From NCBI GenBank assembly GCA_030625765.1, contig DAOUQG010000001.1, forward strand, positions 1-60,072: a DNA stretch of 60,072 nt. The letters run 5' to 3'. Below are positions 41,245 through 50,145 of this stretch, piece after piece. The position numbers were made by a program, and so were the translations under genes. The stretch is from Thermohalobacteraceae bacterium. GTDB lineage: Bacteria > Bacillota > Clostridia > Tissierellales > VENL01. Below the pieces are notes generated by a model. The model had not been told where the DNA came from and made no database searches. It worked only from the letters and a program-made list of their open reading frames with translations. Numbering within the stretch: the stretch's first letter is position 1; each line of letters starts with the position of its first letter.

Positions 41245-43341
41245 ATGGAGAGAAAATTTAGTAACACCTTGGCAGGTAGGAAGCTTACTATCACAACTGG
41301 AAAAATTGCAGAGCAGTCTGGTGGTTCTTGCTTAGTTCAATATGGTGATACCGTTGTAATGGTTAATGCAACAGCTTCTAAACAACCTAGAGAAGGTATT
41401 GATTTTTTTCCTTTAAGTGTTGATTATGAAGAAAGATTATATTCAGTAGGTAAAATACCTGGAGGTTTTGTGAAGAGAGAAGGTAAACCTAGCGAGAAAG
41501 CAGTTCTTACATCAAGACTTATAGATAGACCGATAAGACCTCTATTCCCCAAAGGGTATAGAAATGATGTACAAGTTATTGCAACGGTTTTATCTGTAGA
41601 CCAGGATTGCACACCTGATGTAGTAGCTATGATAGGTTCATCTATAGCATTAACTATATCTGATATTCCTTTTAATGGCCCTACAGGTTCAGTAGCTGTA
41701 GGTTTAATAAATGGAGAATACATAATTAATCCTACAAGTGACGAAAGAGAAAAGTCAGATATGTATTTAGTTGTTTCTGGCACTAAAGATGCAATTATGA
41801 TGGTTGAAGCAGGTGCAAATGAATTATCTGAACAGATTATGCTAGAAGGAATAATGACTGCTCACGAAGAGATTAAGAAGATATGTGATTTTATTGAGGA
41901 AATCAGAAGTGAAGTTGGAAAGGAAAAGCAAGAGGTTATATTATTTACAGTTGATGAAGAAATAGAAGCAGAAATAAGAGAATATACAACAGCAAAAATG
42001 GTTGAGGCAATTCAAACATTTGATAAGCTGGAAAGAAAAGAAAATATGGATAAGGTTAAACAGGAAGTATTTGAATATTTTATAGAAAAATATCCAGAGA
42101 ATGATAAAGATATTGATAATACTCTATATAATATTGTTAAAGAAGAAGTTAGAAGGATGATTATTGAGCAAGGTATTAGACCAGATAATAGGAAAATTGA
42201 TGAAGTAAGACCGATTTCCTGTGAAGTAGGCTTATTACCTAGAACACATGGTTCAGGATTATTTAATAGAGGTCAAACACAAGTAATGACCATAGCTACT
42301 TTAGGAGCACCTGGTGATGTTCAAATACTAGATGGTCTTAGTGATGAGGAATCAAAAAGATATATGCATCATTATAATTTTCCACCATATAGTGTAGGTG
42401 AGACAAGATTTTTAAGAGGACCAGGAAGAAGAGAAATCGGGCATGGTGCTTTGGCTGAAAGAGCTTTCGAGCCAGTAATACCATGTCAAGATAATTTTCC
42501 ATATACTATGCGTTTAGTTTCAGAAGTTCTTAGCTCAAATGGATCTACATCCCAAGCAAGTGTCTGCGCAAGTACACTGGCTCTTATGGATGCAGGGGTA
42601 CCAATTAAAGCACCAGTTGCTGGTATTGCTATGGGACTTATTAAATCTGATGATAAGGTAGTAATATTGACAGATATTCAAGGGTTAGAGGATTTTTTAG
42701 GAGATATGGATTTTAAAGTAGCAGGAACTAGAGAAGGAATTACTGCAATACAAATGGATATAAAAATTGCAGGAATAAACAGAGAAATATTAAAAGAAGC
42801 ATTAGAAAGAGCTAAAATTGGTAGGCTGTTTATTCAAAGTAAAATGGAAGAAGTAATCAATGTACCTAGAGAAGAACTATCACCATATGCACCAAGAATT
42901 TTGACGATGGACGTTGAACCAGATAAAATAAGAGATATTATTGGACCTGGTGGAAAAGTAATAAATAAGATTATTGATGAAACTGGAGTTAAAATAGATA
43001 TAAATGATGATGGTAAAGTAACTATATCTGCAGACGATAATGAATCCGGCGAAAAGGCATTGCATATGATTGAAGATATAGTAAAGGAAGTCGAAAAAGG
43101 TGAAATATATTTAGGAAAAGTTTCTAGGATAGTTAATTTCGGAGCTTTTGTTGAAATATTAAATGGAAAAGAAGGGTTAGTGCATATTTCAAAGATTGCT
43201 AAGGAAAGAATAAATAAGGTAGAGGATGTTCTTTCTGTTGGAGATGAAATATTAGTTAAAGTTATTGATATTGACAATCAAGGCAGAATAAATCTATCTA
43301 GAAAAGATGCATTACCTGATGAAAAAGAGGAAAATAAATAA
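41245..43341 (+). CDS. pnp: polynucleotide phosphorylase
   Basis: 698 aa with two RNase PH domains plus KH and S1 domains. Confidence 0.97.
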   Translation: MERKFSNTLAGRKLTITTGKIAEQSGGSCLVQYGDTVVMVNATASKQPREGIDFFPLSVDYEERLYSVGKIPGGFVKREGKPSEKAVLTSRLIDRPIRPLFPKGYRNDVQVIATVLSVDQDCTPDVVAMIGSSIALTISDIPFNGPTGSVAVGLINGEYIINPTSDEREKSDMYLVVSGTKDAIMMVEAGANELSEQIMLEGIMTAHEEIKKICDFIEEIRSEVGKEKQEVILFTVDEEIEAEIREYTTAKMVEAIQTFDKLERKENMDKVKQEVFEYFIEKYPENDKDIDNTLYNIVKEEVRRMIIEQGIRPDNRKIDEVRPISCEVGLLPRTHGSGLFNRGQTQVMTIATLGAPGDVQILDGLSDEESKRYMHHYNFPPYSVGETRFLRGPGRREIGHGALAERAFEPVIPCQDNFPYTMRLVSEVLSSNGSTSQASVCASTLALMDAGVPIKAPVAGIAMGLIKSDDKVVILTDIQGLEDFLGDMDFKVAGTREGITAIQMDIKIAGINREILKEALERAKIGRLFIQSKMEEVINVPREELSPYAPRILTMDVEPDKIRDIIGPGGKVINKIIDETGVKIDINDDGKVTISADDNESGEKALHMIEDIVKEVEKGEIYLGKVSRIVNFGAFVEILNGKEGLVHISKIAKERINKVEDVLSVGDEILVKVIDIDNQGRINLSRKDALPDEKEENK

Positions 43342-43342
43342 G

Positions 43343-43377
43343 GACATGAACCTATGTAAGGTTTATGTCTTTTTTTT
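43343..43377 (+). terminator. intrinsic terminator after pnp
   Basis: 11-bp stem gacatgaacct / aggtttatgtc (one G-U pair) followed by tttttttt. Confidence 0.85.
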
Positions 43378-43460
43378 ACCCCTTTGTTTCTAAAAAATGA
43401 ATGATAATTAATTTTAATATGAATATTAATATAATAAAGAAATATTCGGGAGGTAGAGAT

Positions 43461-44180
43461 ATGAGAATAGTTTTTATAAAAAATAGTACAATATACAAAA
43501 TTTTAGCCGGAATGATTATTATGATTATATTACTTATATTTATATCTAACTATAATAAAAATAAAGGAAAAGAAACCTTTACTATCACGGATGATGTTTT
43601 TTACAAGGGAAATGTAGATAATAAAACTATTGCATTTACATGTAATGTTGACTGGGGAAATGAATATATTCCTCTTATGCTAGAAATTTTCAAAGAAAAC
43701 AATATAAAAATAACATTTTTTGTAACTGGGAAATGGGCAGACCAAAATGAAGAATTATTGAAAAAAATAAGTGAACATGGTCATGAGATAGGCAATCATG
43801 GCTTTTTACATCGTGATTACAGTATTTTAAGTTATGAAAATAATAAGCAGGAAATTGGTAAAGCACATAATATAATTTCAAACATAATAAATACTAGCCC
43901 CATTTTTTTTGCTCCACCATCTGGAGCATATAATGATGCAACCATTAAAGCTGCTAAAGATTTAAATTACAAAGTAATTATGTGGAGCATAGATACAATT
44001 GATTGGAGAAAGGATAGTACGAGTGATAAAATTATTAATAGAGTAGTTAGTAAAACACATAACTCAGCTATAGTACTAATGCATCCAAAGGAGGAAACAA
44101 TAAAAGCTTTACCAGCTATAATTGAGTCATTACATAATCAGGGCTACAGTATTGGTAGAGTTAGTGATATAATCAAGTGA
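43461..44180 (+). CDS. ylxY: polysaccharide deacetylase (NodB family), YlxY-type sporulation-associated
   Basis: N-terminal TM helix and a NodB domain (FTCNVDWGNEY, GHEIGNHGFLH, MHP). It sits directly after pnp as ylxY does in Bacillus. ATG at 43461 follows GGGAGG. Confidence 0.8.
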   Translation: MRIVFIKNSTIYKILAGMIIMIILLIFISNYNKNKGKETFTITDDVFYKGNVDNKTIAFTCNVDWGNEYIPLMLEIFKENNIKITFFVTGKWADQNEELLKKISEHGHEIGNHGFLHRDYSILSYENNKQEIGKAHNIISNIINTSPIFFAPPSGAYNDATIKAAKDLNYKVIMWSIDTIDWRKDSTSDKIINRVVSKTHNSAIVLMHPKEETIKALPAIIESLHNQGYSIGRVSDIIK

Positions 44181-44191
44181 AATATTTAAAG

Positions 44192-44220
44192 TTGAAAGAA
44201 TAGTAAATTTACATTATAAT
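44192..44220 (+). promoter_or_regulatory. near-consensus sigma-A promoter driving a leader of about 310 nt
   Basis: TTGAAA (44192-44197), 17-nt spacer, then TATAAT (44215-44220). Confidence 0.6.
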
Positions 44221-44227
44221 GATATAG

Positions 44228-44316
44228 TAATCTGAAAGAATTTAAATTTTTATCTTCGCTGTTCAGGTATTTTAGTACTTCTTTAATTGATGATTAATGG
44301 AAGAAGCACTAAAATA
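44228..44316 (+). repeat. structured intergenic module, copy R1 (candidate cis-regulatory RNA)
   Basis: The 5' box taatctgaaagaa pairs with ttcaggt (44230-44236 / 44262-44268). A 16-bp hairpin follows at 44268-44283 / 44301-44316 with one mismatch. Homologous to 55449-55560. Confidence 0.5.
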
Positions 44317-44327
44317 ATTCACGACTG

Positions 44328-44421
44328 GTGATGAAACTAAGTTACCAACACAAAATCACAGATTTTGGTTGTCTGATGAAGCTACTAAGTGACTTACAAC
44401 AAATCGAAGATTTGTGTAATC
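44328..44421 (+). repeat. tandem duplicated module of about 47 nt, each copy ending in a bulged-A hairpin
   Basis: Each copy has a tgatgaaRcta..ag box and then a hairpin: 44346-44371 (caac[a]caaaatc aca gattttggttg) and 44394-44419 (ttaca[a]caaatc gaa gatttgtgtaa). Confidence 0.5.
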
Positions 44422-44537
44422 TACTTATACTTATCAGATAAGAATTTAAATTCGGAATACGTAGCTTAATTACTTTTTTGCGCCTTGAACATGCGAAAGG
44501 CATGTCCGATTATCTGAAGTTAAATTAGGAGGATATA

Positions 44538-45812
44538 ATGTATTATAAATTTGTTTTGAATAACGGAATAAGAGTTGTAACTGAAAAAATTCCTCATATG
44601 AAATCTGTTTCTATAGGGATTTGGGTTGAAACAGGCTCAAGATATGAGAATATAATTAATAACGGTACCTCTCACTTTATTGAGCATATGCTTTTTAAAG
44701 GGACAGAAAACAGAACTGCTAAGCAAATAGCTGAAAGTATTGATAATATTGGTGGTCAATTAAATGCTTTTACAAGTAAAGAATGTACATGTTTCTATGC
44801 CAAGGTATTAGATAATCATTTGCCGATAGCTATAGATGTTTTGTCGGATATGTTATTAAACTCAAAGTTTGACGAGAACGAAATTAAAAAAGAGAAGAGC
44901 GTAGTTATTGAAGAAATTAATATGTATGACGATTCTCCGGAGGATATTGTTCATGATCTACTTTCAAAAACAATATTTGATGGCAGTTCACTCTCTTTTC
45001 CAATTTTAGGCAATGCTAATACTATTCAAGATCTAAATAGAGATGGTATTATGGAGTTTTATAAAAAATATTATACTCCTGAGAATACTGTTATTTCAAT
45101 AGCAGGAAATTTTGAAATAAAAGAAACTAAAAAGTTGTTAGAAGAGTTTTTTGGGCATTGGAGCATAAAAGGAGAAAATCCAACCTTAGATGCTTTACCT
45201 AAAATTACTCAAAGACTTTGTAGTAAAAATAAGGATACTGAACAACTACATTTATGTCTTGGGTTAGAAGGAGTATCACAAGGCAGTGATGAATTATACT
45301 CATTGTTAGTATTAAATAATGTTTTTGGTGGAAGTATGAGTTCAAGGCTTTTCCAAAGGATTCGAGAAGATAGGGGACTAGCCTATTCAATTTTTTCATA
45401 TCCTTCATCATATAAAAAAACCGGTATTTTTACAATTTATGCTGGTCTTAACCCAAATCAACTGCTTAATGTTATAGATTTAATTCTTCATGATATAAAT
45501 AAAATCAAGGGCGACTATTTAAGTGAAACAGAGATTAATAGATCTAAAGAACAGTTGAAGGGAAACTATATGTTGGGGTTAGAAAGTACATCGAGTAGAA
45601 TGACTTCTCTAGGAAAATCTGAGTTATTATTAGGTGAAATATATTCACCTAAAGAGATTCTAGATAAAATTGATAGAGTTACTTTAGGAGATATAAAGAA
45701 TGTAACAGATAAAGTTTTTGATTATAACAAATTGAACATAGCATACGTTGGTAAGCTTAAAAATAAAGATGAAGTTGATCAAAAAATTAAAGAAGTTTGT
45801 TTTATGAAATAA
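44538..45812 (+). CDS. ymxG: M16 family zinc peptidase (YmxG/MlpA-like)
   Basis: Inverted zinc motif HFIEHMLFKGT (HxxEH). 424 aa. Position after ylxY matches Bacillus. Confidence 0.88.
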   Translation: MYYKFVLNNGIRVVTEKIPHMKSVSIGIWVETGSRYENIINNGTSHFIEHMLFKGTENRTAKQIAESIDNIGGQLNAFTSKECTCFYAKVLDNHLPIAIDVLSDMLLNSKFDENEIKKEKSVVIEEINMYDDSPEDIVHDLLSKTIFDGSSLSFPILGNANTIQDLNRDGIMEFYKKYYTPENTVISIAGNFEIKETKKLLEEFFGHWSIKGENPTLDALPKITQRLCSKNKDTEQLHLCLGLEGVSQGSDELYSLLVLNNVFGGSMSSRLFQRIREDRGLAYSIFSYPSSYKKTGIFTIYAGLNPNQLLNVIDLILHDINKIKGDYLSETEINRSKEQLKGNYMLGLESTSSRMTSLGKSELLLGEIYSPKEILDKIDRVTLGDIKNVTDKVFDYNKLNIAYVGKLKNKDEVDQKIKEVCFMK

Positions 45813-45886
45813 TATTTTTTCTTTTTATCAAATCAAAATCAAATGTAATATTTTTGATATATAATTGTTTATATGTTTTTCAATAT

Positions 45887-45952
45887 AAGAAGCTAAGTCA
45901 AAATTATCTCTGAAGGTTTTTGGAGAGAATATCATTTTGTTTTAGCTTTTTT
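45887..45952 (+). terminator. long imperfect hairpin with U-tail after the M16 peptidase gene
   Basis: The basal helix aagaagctaag...cttagc(t)ttttt pairs (agctaa 45891-45896 / ttagct 45942-47). An internal caaaat/attttg helix is present, followed by tttttt. Confidence 0.5.
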
Positions 45953-45960
45953 ACGTATAT

Positions 45961-46012
45961 TTTGAAAGAAATCTTTTTTATAGAAGTGGTATTAAAGATT
46001 TAAATAATTCTA
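45961..46012 (+). repeat. partial third-locus copy of the intergenic module
   Basis: ttttgaaagaa...agaagtggtattaaagatttaaataattc aligns with 55646-55682 (aatttgaaaaaagtggtaatagggatttagattattcc). Confidence 0.35.
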
Positions 46013-46041
46013 TTGACAACTTTAAAATAGAATAGTAAACT
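46013..46041 (+). promoter_or_regulatory. sigma-A type promoter for dut
   Basis: TTGACA (46013-46018), 17-nt spacer, then TAAACT (46036-46041). Confidence 0.55.
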
Positions 46042-46084
46042 CTTTTTACATAAAAATCATTTTTAAATAAGAAGGAGTGCTGTT

Positions 46085-46516
46085 ATGAATATTAAAATCA
46101 TAAATAAAAGTAATCTACCATTACCTTGCTATAAGACGAAGGGTTCGGCAGGTCTAGACCTTCATGCAAATAATGAAGAACAGATTGTTTTAAAACCTAT
46201 GCAAAGAAAATTAATCCCCACTGGTATACATATTGAGCTTCCAGAAGGATATGAAGCGCAGATTAGAGCAAGAAGTGGACTAGCTATTAAACATGGAATA
46301 TCACTAGTAAACGGCATTGGAACAATTGACAGTGATTATAGAGGAGAAATAAAAATTATCTTAATTAATCTAGGAGAAGAAGATTTCGTTATTAATAATG
46401 GCGACAGAATAGCTCAAATGGTAATTATGAAGTATGAAAAAGTCCAACTACATGAAGTAGAGGTTTTAGAGGAAAGTAAAAGAGCTGAAGGTGGATTTGG
46501 TCATACAGGGGTATAG
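46085..46516 (+). CDS. dut: dUTP diphosphatase
   Basis: 143 aa trimeric dUTPase with motifs [22 protein letters not shown] and a C-terminal [10 protein letters not shown]. Confidence 0.95.
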   Translation: MNIKIINKSNLPLPCYKTKGSAGLDLHANNEEQIVLKPMQRKLIPTGIHIELPEGYEAQIRARSGLAIKHGISLVNGIGTIDSDYRGEIKIILINLGEEDFVINNGDRIAQMVIMKYEKVQLHEVEVLEESKRAEGGFGHTGV

Positions 46517-46650
46517 ATGCGTAAAAAATCTCATCGCAATTCTAAGAATATTTTTCTTAATCGTATCATAATATGTATTAAATATATACTTATATTAAAT
46601 TCTATTTATCTTAAATTCTTTAAATATGAGTTTTAGAAACGAGGAGGATT

Positions 46651-46923
46651 GTGATGAGATTTAGTAAGCTCGGAGGAAAAGAAATCGTCAATTTAAATGA
46701 TGGAGGTAGATTAGGAGTTATAGCAGATTCAGATTTGATCATAGATGAAGGATCGGGAAAAATAATGGCACTTTTGATACCAGAGAGAAAAAGTCAATTT
46801 AAGTTTTTTGGTGATAGATATGAAATTGAAATTCCATGGGATGCTATACGGAAAATAGGTAATGATATGATAATAATTGAGCTTGATGAAAACGATAAGA
46901 TTAATAAAAAATATTCTTTTTAG
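46651..46923 (+). CDS. ymxH: YlmC/YmxH family sporulation protein (PRC-barrel)
   Basis: About 90 aa with LGGKEIVNLNDGGRLGVIADSDLIIDEGSGKI...IPWDAIRKIGNDMIII, typical of the YlmC/YmxH family. Confidence 0.85.
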   Translation: MMRFSKLGGKEIVNLNDGGRLGVIADSDLIIDEGSGKIMALLIPERKSQFKFFGDRYEIEIPWDAIRKIGNDMIIIELDENDKINKKYSF

Positions 46924-46955
46924 TCTCATTTGATTGCCGATTTGCATATTATAGA

Positions 46956-46995
46956 CTATAACATACTTTTTTGTGTGTTATAGTTTTTTATTTTA
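46956..46995 (+). terminator. terminator-like hairpin between ymxH and dapG
   Basis: 11-bp stem ctataacatac / gtgtgttatag (one G-U pair) with a T6 loop, followed by ttttttatttt. It ends only about 5 nt before the dapG Shine-Dalgarno. Confidence 0.6.
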
Positions 46996-47011
46996 TGTTA
47001 GAGGTGAAATT

Positions 47012-48241
47012 ATGAAGATAGCTGTTCAAAAGTTTGGCGGTTCCTCTGTTGCGAATGATGAAAACAGAGAAGAGGTTGCTAAGAAAATCATCAAGCAATA
47101 TGAGGCTGGATATAAAACAGTAGTAGTAGTATCTGCTATAGGCAGAGAAGGTGCTCCTTATGCTACGGATACACTTCTTAAGATAATAGGCAAAAATCCA
47201 ATCGATCTAAGAGAAAAGGATTTATTATTATCATGTGGAGAAATAATATCTGCTGTAGTTTTATCTTGCTTACTAAATAAAAAGGGCTATGAGACTATTG
47301 TCCTTACAGGTTTTCAAGCTGGGATAATCACAAACAAGCAATTTGGAAAAGCTGATGTACTAAAAATAAACTGTGAAACAATTTTAGAAAATTTGAAAAA
47401 GAGTAAAATTGTTATAGTCGCTGGATTTCAGGGAGCGACTGAGGACGGAGAAATAACAACACTAGGACGTGGAGGCAGCGATACAACGGCTGTGTTACTA
47501 GGTGAAGCATTAAATTGTGAATATGTAGAGATATTTACAGATGTGGATGGAGTTATGACTGCAGATCCAAAGATAGTTCCAGATGCTAGAGTATTAGAAA
47601 GGTTAAGTTATTCAGAGATTTATCAATTAGCAGAGGAAGGTGCTAAAGTTATACACCCACGTGCAGTTGAAATAGCGGAAAGAAGCCATATAAAAATAAT
47701 TGTAAGAAATACTCTAAACGAATATGCTGGTACTATAATTATGGATTACGATAACCTTTTTGCATATAATAATTGTGGCAAGAAAATTGTAAGTGCAATA
47801 ACCTATAAAAAAAATAGAGCTCAAATAATCATTGAGGATTGCAATGCAAGTACTACTGTAAAATTTATGTATCAAATATCAAAAAAAAACATTAGCATAG
47901 ATTTAATAAATTTCTTTATCGACCAAAAAATATTTACTATTGATGAGGATAATATTGAACATATTGAGAGCATTTTAAAATCAGATAAATATCATTATAA
48001 TATCATTAGAGATTGTTGTAAACTAAGTATAATTGGAAACAAAATGCGCGGAATTCCTGGAGTTATGGCAAGAGTAGTGAAATCTCTTACAAAGGAACAG
48101 ATAGAAATATTACAAACAACTGATTCATATACTACTATTTGGTGTTTAATTAAAACTAAGGATTTAGAAAAGGCAATAAATGCACTTCACAGTGAATTTA
48201 ATTTATCAAAATTATATACTAAAGCATCTAAATCTAATTAA
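47012..48241 (+). CDS. dapG: aspartate kinase (DapG-type, monofunctional)
   Basis: MKIAVQKFGGSSV, GRGGSDTTA and C-terminal ACT domains. ATG at 47012 follows AGAGGTGA. The track ORF from 46973 runs through the hairpin. Confidence 0.9.
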   Translation: MKIAVQKFGGSSVANDENREEVAKKIIKQYEAGYKTVVVVSAIGREGAPYATDTLLKIIGKNPIDLREKDLLLSCGEIISAVVLSCLLNKKGYETIVLTGFQAGIITNKQFGKADVLKINCETILENLKKSKIVIVAGFQGATEDGEITTLGRGGSDTTAVLLGEALNCEYVEIFTDVDGVMTADPKIVPDARVLERLSYSEIYQLAEEGAKVIHPRAVEIAERSHIKIIVRNTLNEYAGTIIMDYDNLFAYNNCGKKIVSAITYKKNRAQIIIEDCNASTTVKFMYQISKKNISIDLINFFIDQKIFTIDEDNIEHIESILKSDKYHYNIIRDCCKLSIIGNKMRGIPGVMARVVKSLTKEQIEILQTTDSYTTIWCLIKTKDLEKAINALHSEFNLSKLYTKASKSN

Positions 48242-48300
48242 TAGAATTAGTACCTTTAATATTATAAATAGATTCTTATTTTCCGAGTTTCCATAAACTA

Positions 48301-48328
48301 AAGTAGATTATTTCTACTTTTTTGTTTT
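48301..48328 (+). terminator. intrinsic terminator after dapG
   Basis: Stem aagtaga / tctactt with a 5-nt loop, then ttttgtttt. Confidence 0.75.
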
Positions 48329-48400
48329 GTCAATTCAAAGCATATATTTGATTAAATTGTAAACAATATATATGAATCTTATAATAGAAGAGGAGTGTCA

Positions 48401-49138
48401 ATGTTGATAATAAATGAAGAAACTAAAAATCCAATTGAAAAAAATGATGATAATAAAATGCCTAATCTGACAAATGATAAATTAGATAATTTAAAAGAAA
48501 TAGGAACAACTAGCCTTTCAGCTCCTCCTGAAGATATCCAGTTCATTTCTATAATTGGTCAAGTCGAGGGGCACACTGTTTCACCTCCTCAAAAAAAAGC
48601 AACTAAATATGAACACATAATGCCTCTTATAGTTGCAGCAGAGCAAAACCCTAAAATAAAAGGTATATTCGTAATATTGAATACTGTTGGTGGTGATGTA
48701 GAAGCAGGATTAGCTATTGCTGAAATGATAAACAGTGTAAGTAAACCGACAGTTTCTTTAGTTTTAGGAGGAGGGCATAGTATTGGAGTTCCATTAGCTA
48801 CTTCATGTGAGTATTCTTATATAGTTCCTACAGCTACTATGACTATTCATCCTATTAGAATGACTGGATTAGTAATAGGGGTTCCTCAAACTTTTAGATA
48901 TTTTCAAAAAATGCAAGAAAGAATAGTGGATTTTGTTCTCAGAACATCGCAAATAAATAGAGATGATTTTATGAAGTTAATGTATGACACTGATGAAATT
49001 GCAAATGATGTCGGAACAATATTGGTTGGAGAAGAAACAGTTGACCTTGGACTCATAAATGAAGTTGGTGGGTTTAGTACAGCTTTGAATAAATTAAAGT
49101 CAATGATTGATGAAAATATTGTGAAGAAGGAAGAATAG
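48401..49138 (+). CDS. tepA: ClpP-fold protein TepA (translocation-enhancing protein / SDH-family serine protease)
   Basis: Matches B. subtilis TepA along its length from memory (IIGQVEGH...[59 protein letters not shown]). Confidence 0.88.
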   Translation: MLIINEETKNPIEKNDDNKMPNLTNDKLDNLKEIGTTSLSAPPEDIQFISIIGQVEGHTVSPPQKKATKYEHIMPLIVAAEQNPKIKGIFVILNTVGGDVEAGLAIAEMINSVSKPTVSLVLGGGHSIGVPLATSCEYSYIVPTATMTIHPIRMTGLVIGVPQTFRYFQKMQERIVDFVLRTSQINRDDFMKLMYDTDEIANDVGTILVGEETVDLGLINEVGGFSTALNKLKSMIDENIVKKEE

Positions 49139-49193
49139 GATAAATAAATAGAATAGTATAAATATATTAAATATGTTATAATTACATAAGTAT

Positions 49194-49220
49194 AAGTGTT
49201 AATGCTAGTCATTAACACTT
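49194..49220 (+). other. 11-bp perfect hairpin without U-tail in the tepA-uppP spacer
   Basis: aagtgttaatg (49194-49204) / cattaacactt (49210-49220) with loop ctagt. Confidence 0.4.
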
Positions 49221-49245
49221 AAATTATTTAGGGGGGCGGATAAAA

Positions 49246-50070
49246 TTGTCGAATTTACAAGCAATATTATTAGGAATTTTTCAAGGGATAGCAGAATTCT
49301 TACCAATTAGCAGCTCCGGGCACTTAGTCTTACTTCAGAATATTTTCAATGTTGAAGAAGGAGAATTGTTTTTTACTGTAATGCTTCATTTTGGTACTTT
49401 GCTATCTGTATTTATTGTATATTTTAAGGATATAGTTAAAATAGTAATTTCGTTTTTTCAGATTATTTCAGACCTGTTTAATAAAGGACGATTAATTCTA
49501 GATGATGAGTTTAGAGTCTTAGCAATAATGATAATAATTGGTACAATACCTACTGGTATAATAGGAATTTTATTTGAAGATTTATTTGAAAGTTTATATA
49601 GCTCATTATTAGCTGTAGGCATAGCACTTATTATAACTGGAATTTTATTAATGGTTTCTGAAAAAGTAAATTCAGGAAAAAAGCAAGCACGAGATATAAC
49701 TTTTTTGGATGCAATAATCATAGGTACATTTCAAGGCTTTGCTATAATACCTGGGGTATCAAGATCAGGGTCAACTATTGTAGGTGGTTTATTTAGAGGA
49801 TTGGATAAAAAAATAGCGACAAAGTTTTCATTTTTACTATCAATACCTGCTATATTAGCTGCGTCTTTATTACAACTTTTGAAGGTTTTTTCAGGTAATA
49901 GCTCAGTAGTTTTCTCATTACCTCTTCTAATCGGAGTTGCTTTGTCTACTATTACTGGTATATTTGCTATTAAGCTTCTTGTAAAAGTATTAGAGAAAGG
50001 AAAACTATATTATTTTTCCTATTATGTATGGATTGTAGGGATAGTAATTATAATAACACAGTATATATAG
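49246..50070 (+). CDS. uppP: undecaprenyl-diphosphate phosphatase
   Basis: BacA/UppP family sequence (GIAEFLPISSSGHL, PGVSRSGSTI). TTG start follows AGGGGGG. Confidence 0.93.
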   Translation: MSNLQAILLGIFQGIAEFLPISSSGHLVLLQNIFNVEEGELFFTVMLHFGTLLSVFIVYFKDIVKIVISFFQIISDLFNKGRLILDDEFRVLAIMIIIGTIPTGIIGILFEDLFESLYSSLLAVGIALIITGILLMVSEKVNSGKKQARDITFLDAIIIGTFQGFAIIPGVSRSGSTIVGGLFRGLDKKIATKFSFLLSIPAILAASLLQLLKVFSGNSSVVFSLPLLIGVALSTITGIFAIKLLVKVLEKGKLYYFSYYVWIVGIVIIITQYI

Positions 50071-50145
50071 AAAACAATATGGCTTATTCATCTTCTTAAA
50101 AGGATTTTAGACTTCAATGTAGAATAACTTTTTGAGGTGATTACA

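Noticed and set aside
44228-44245. The taatctgaaagaattt box as a CodY operator (AATTTTCWGAAAATT), or other known operator (cre, Spo0A box)
   Set aside because: Only about 9 of 15 positions match the CodY consensus when aligned on CTGAAA. The flanks do not fit, and I found no convincing cre or 0A box. The compensatory helix changes favour an RNA-level explanation instead.
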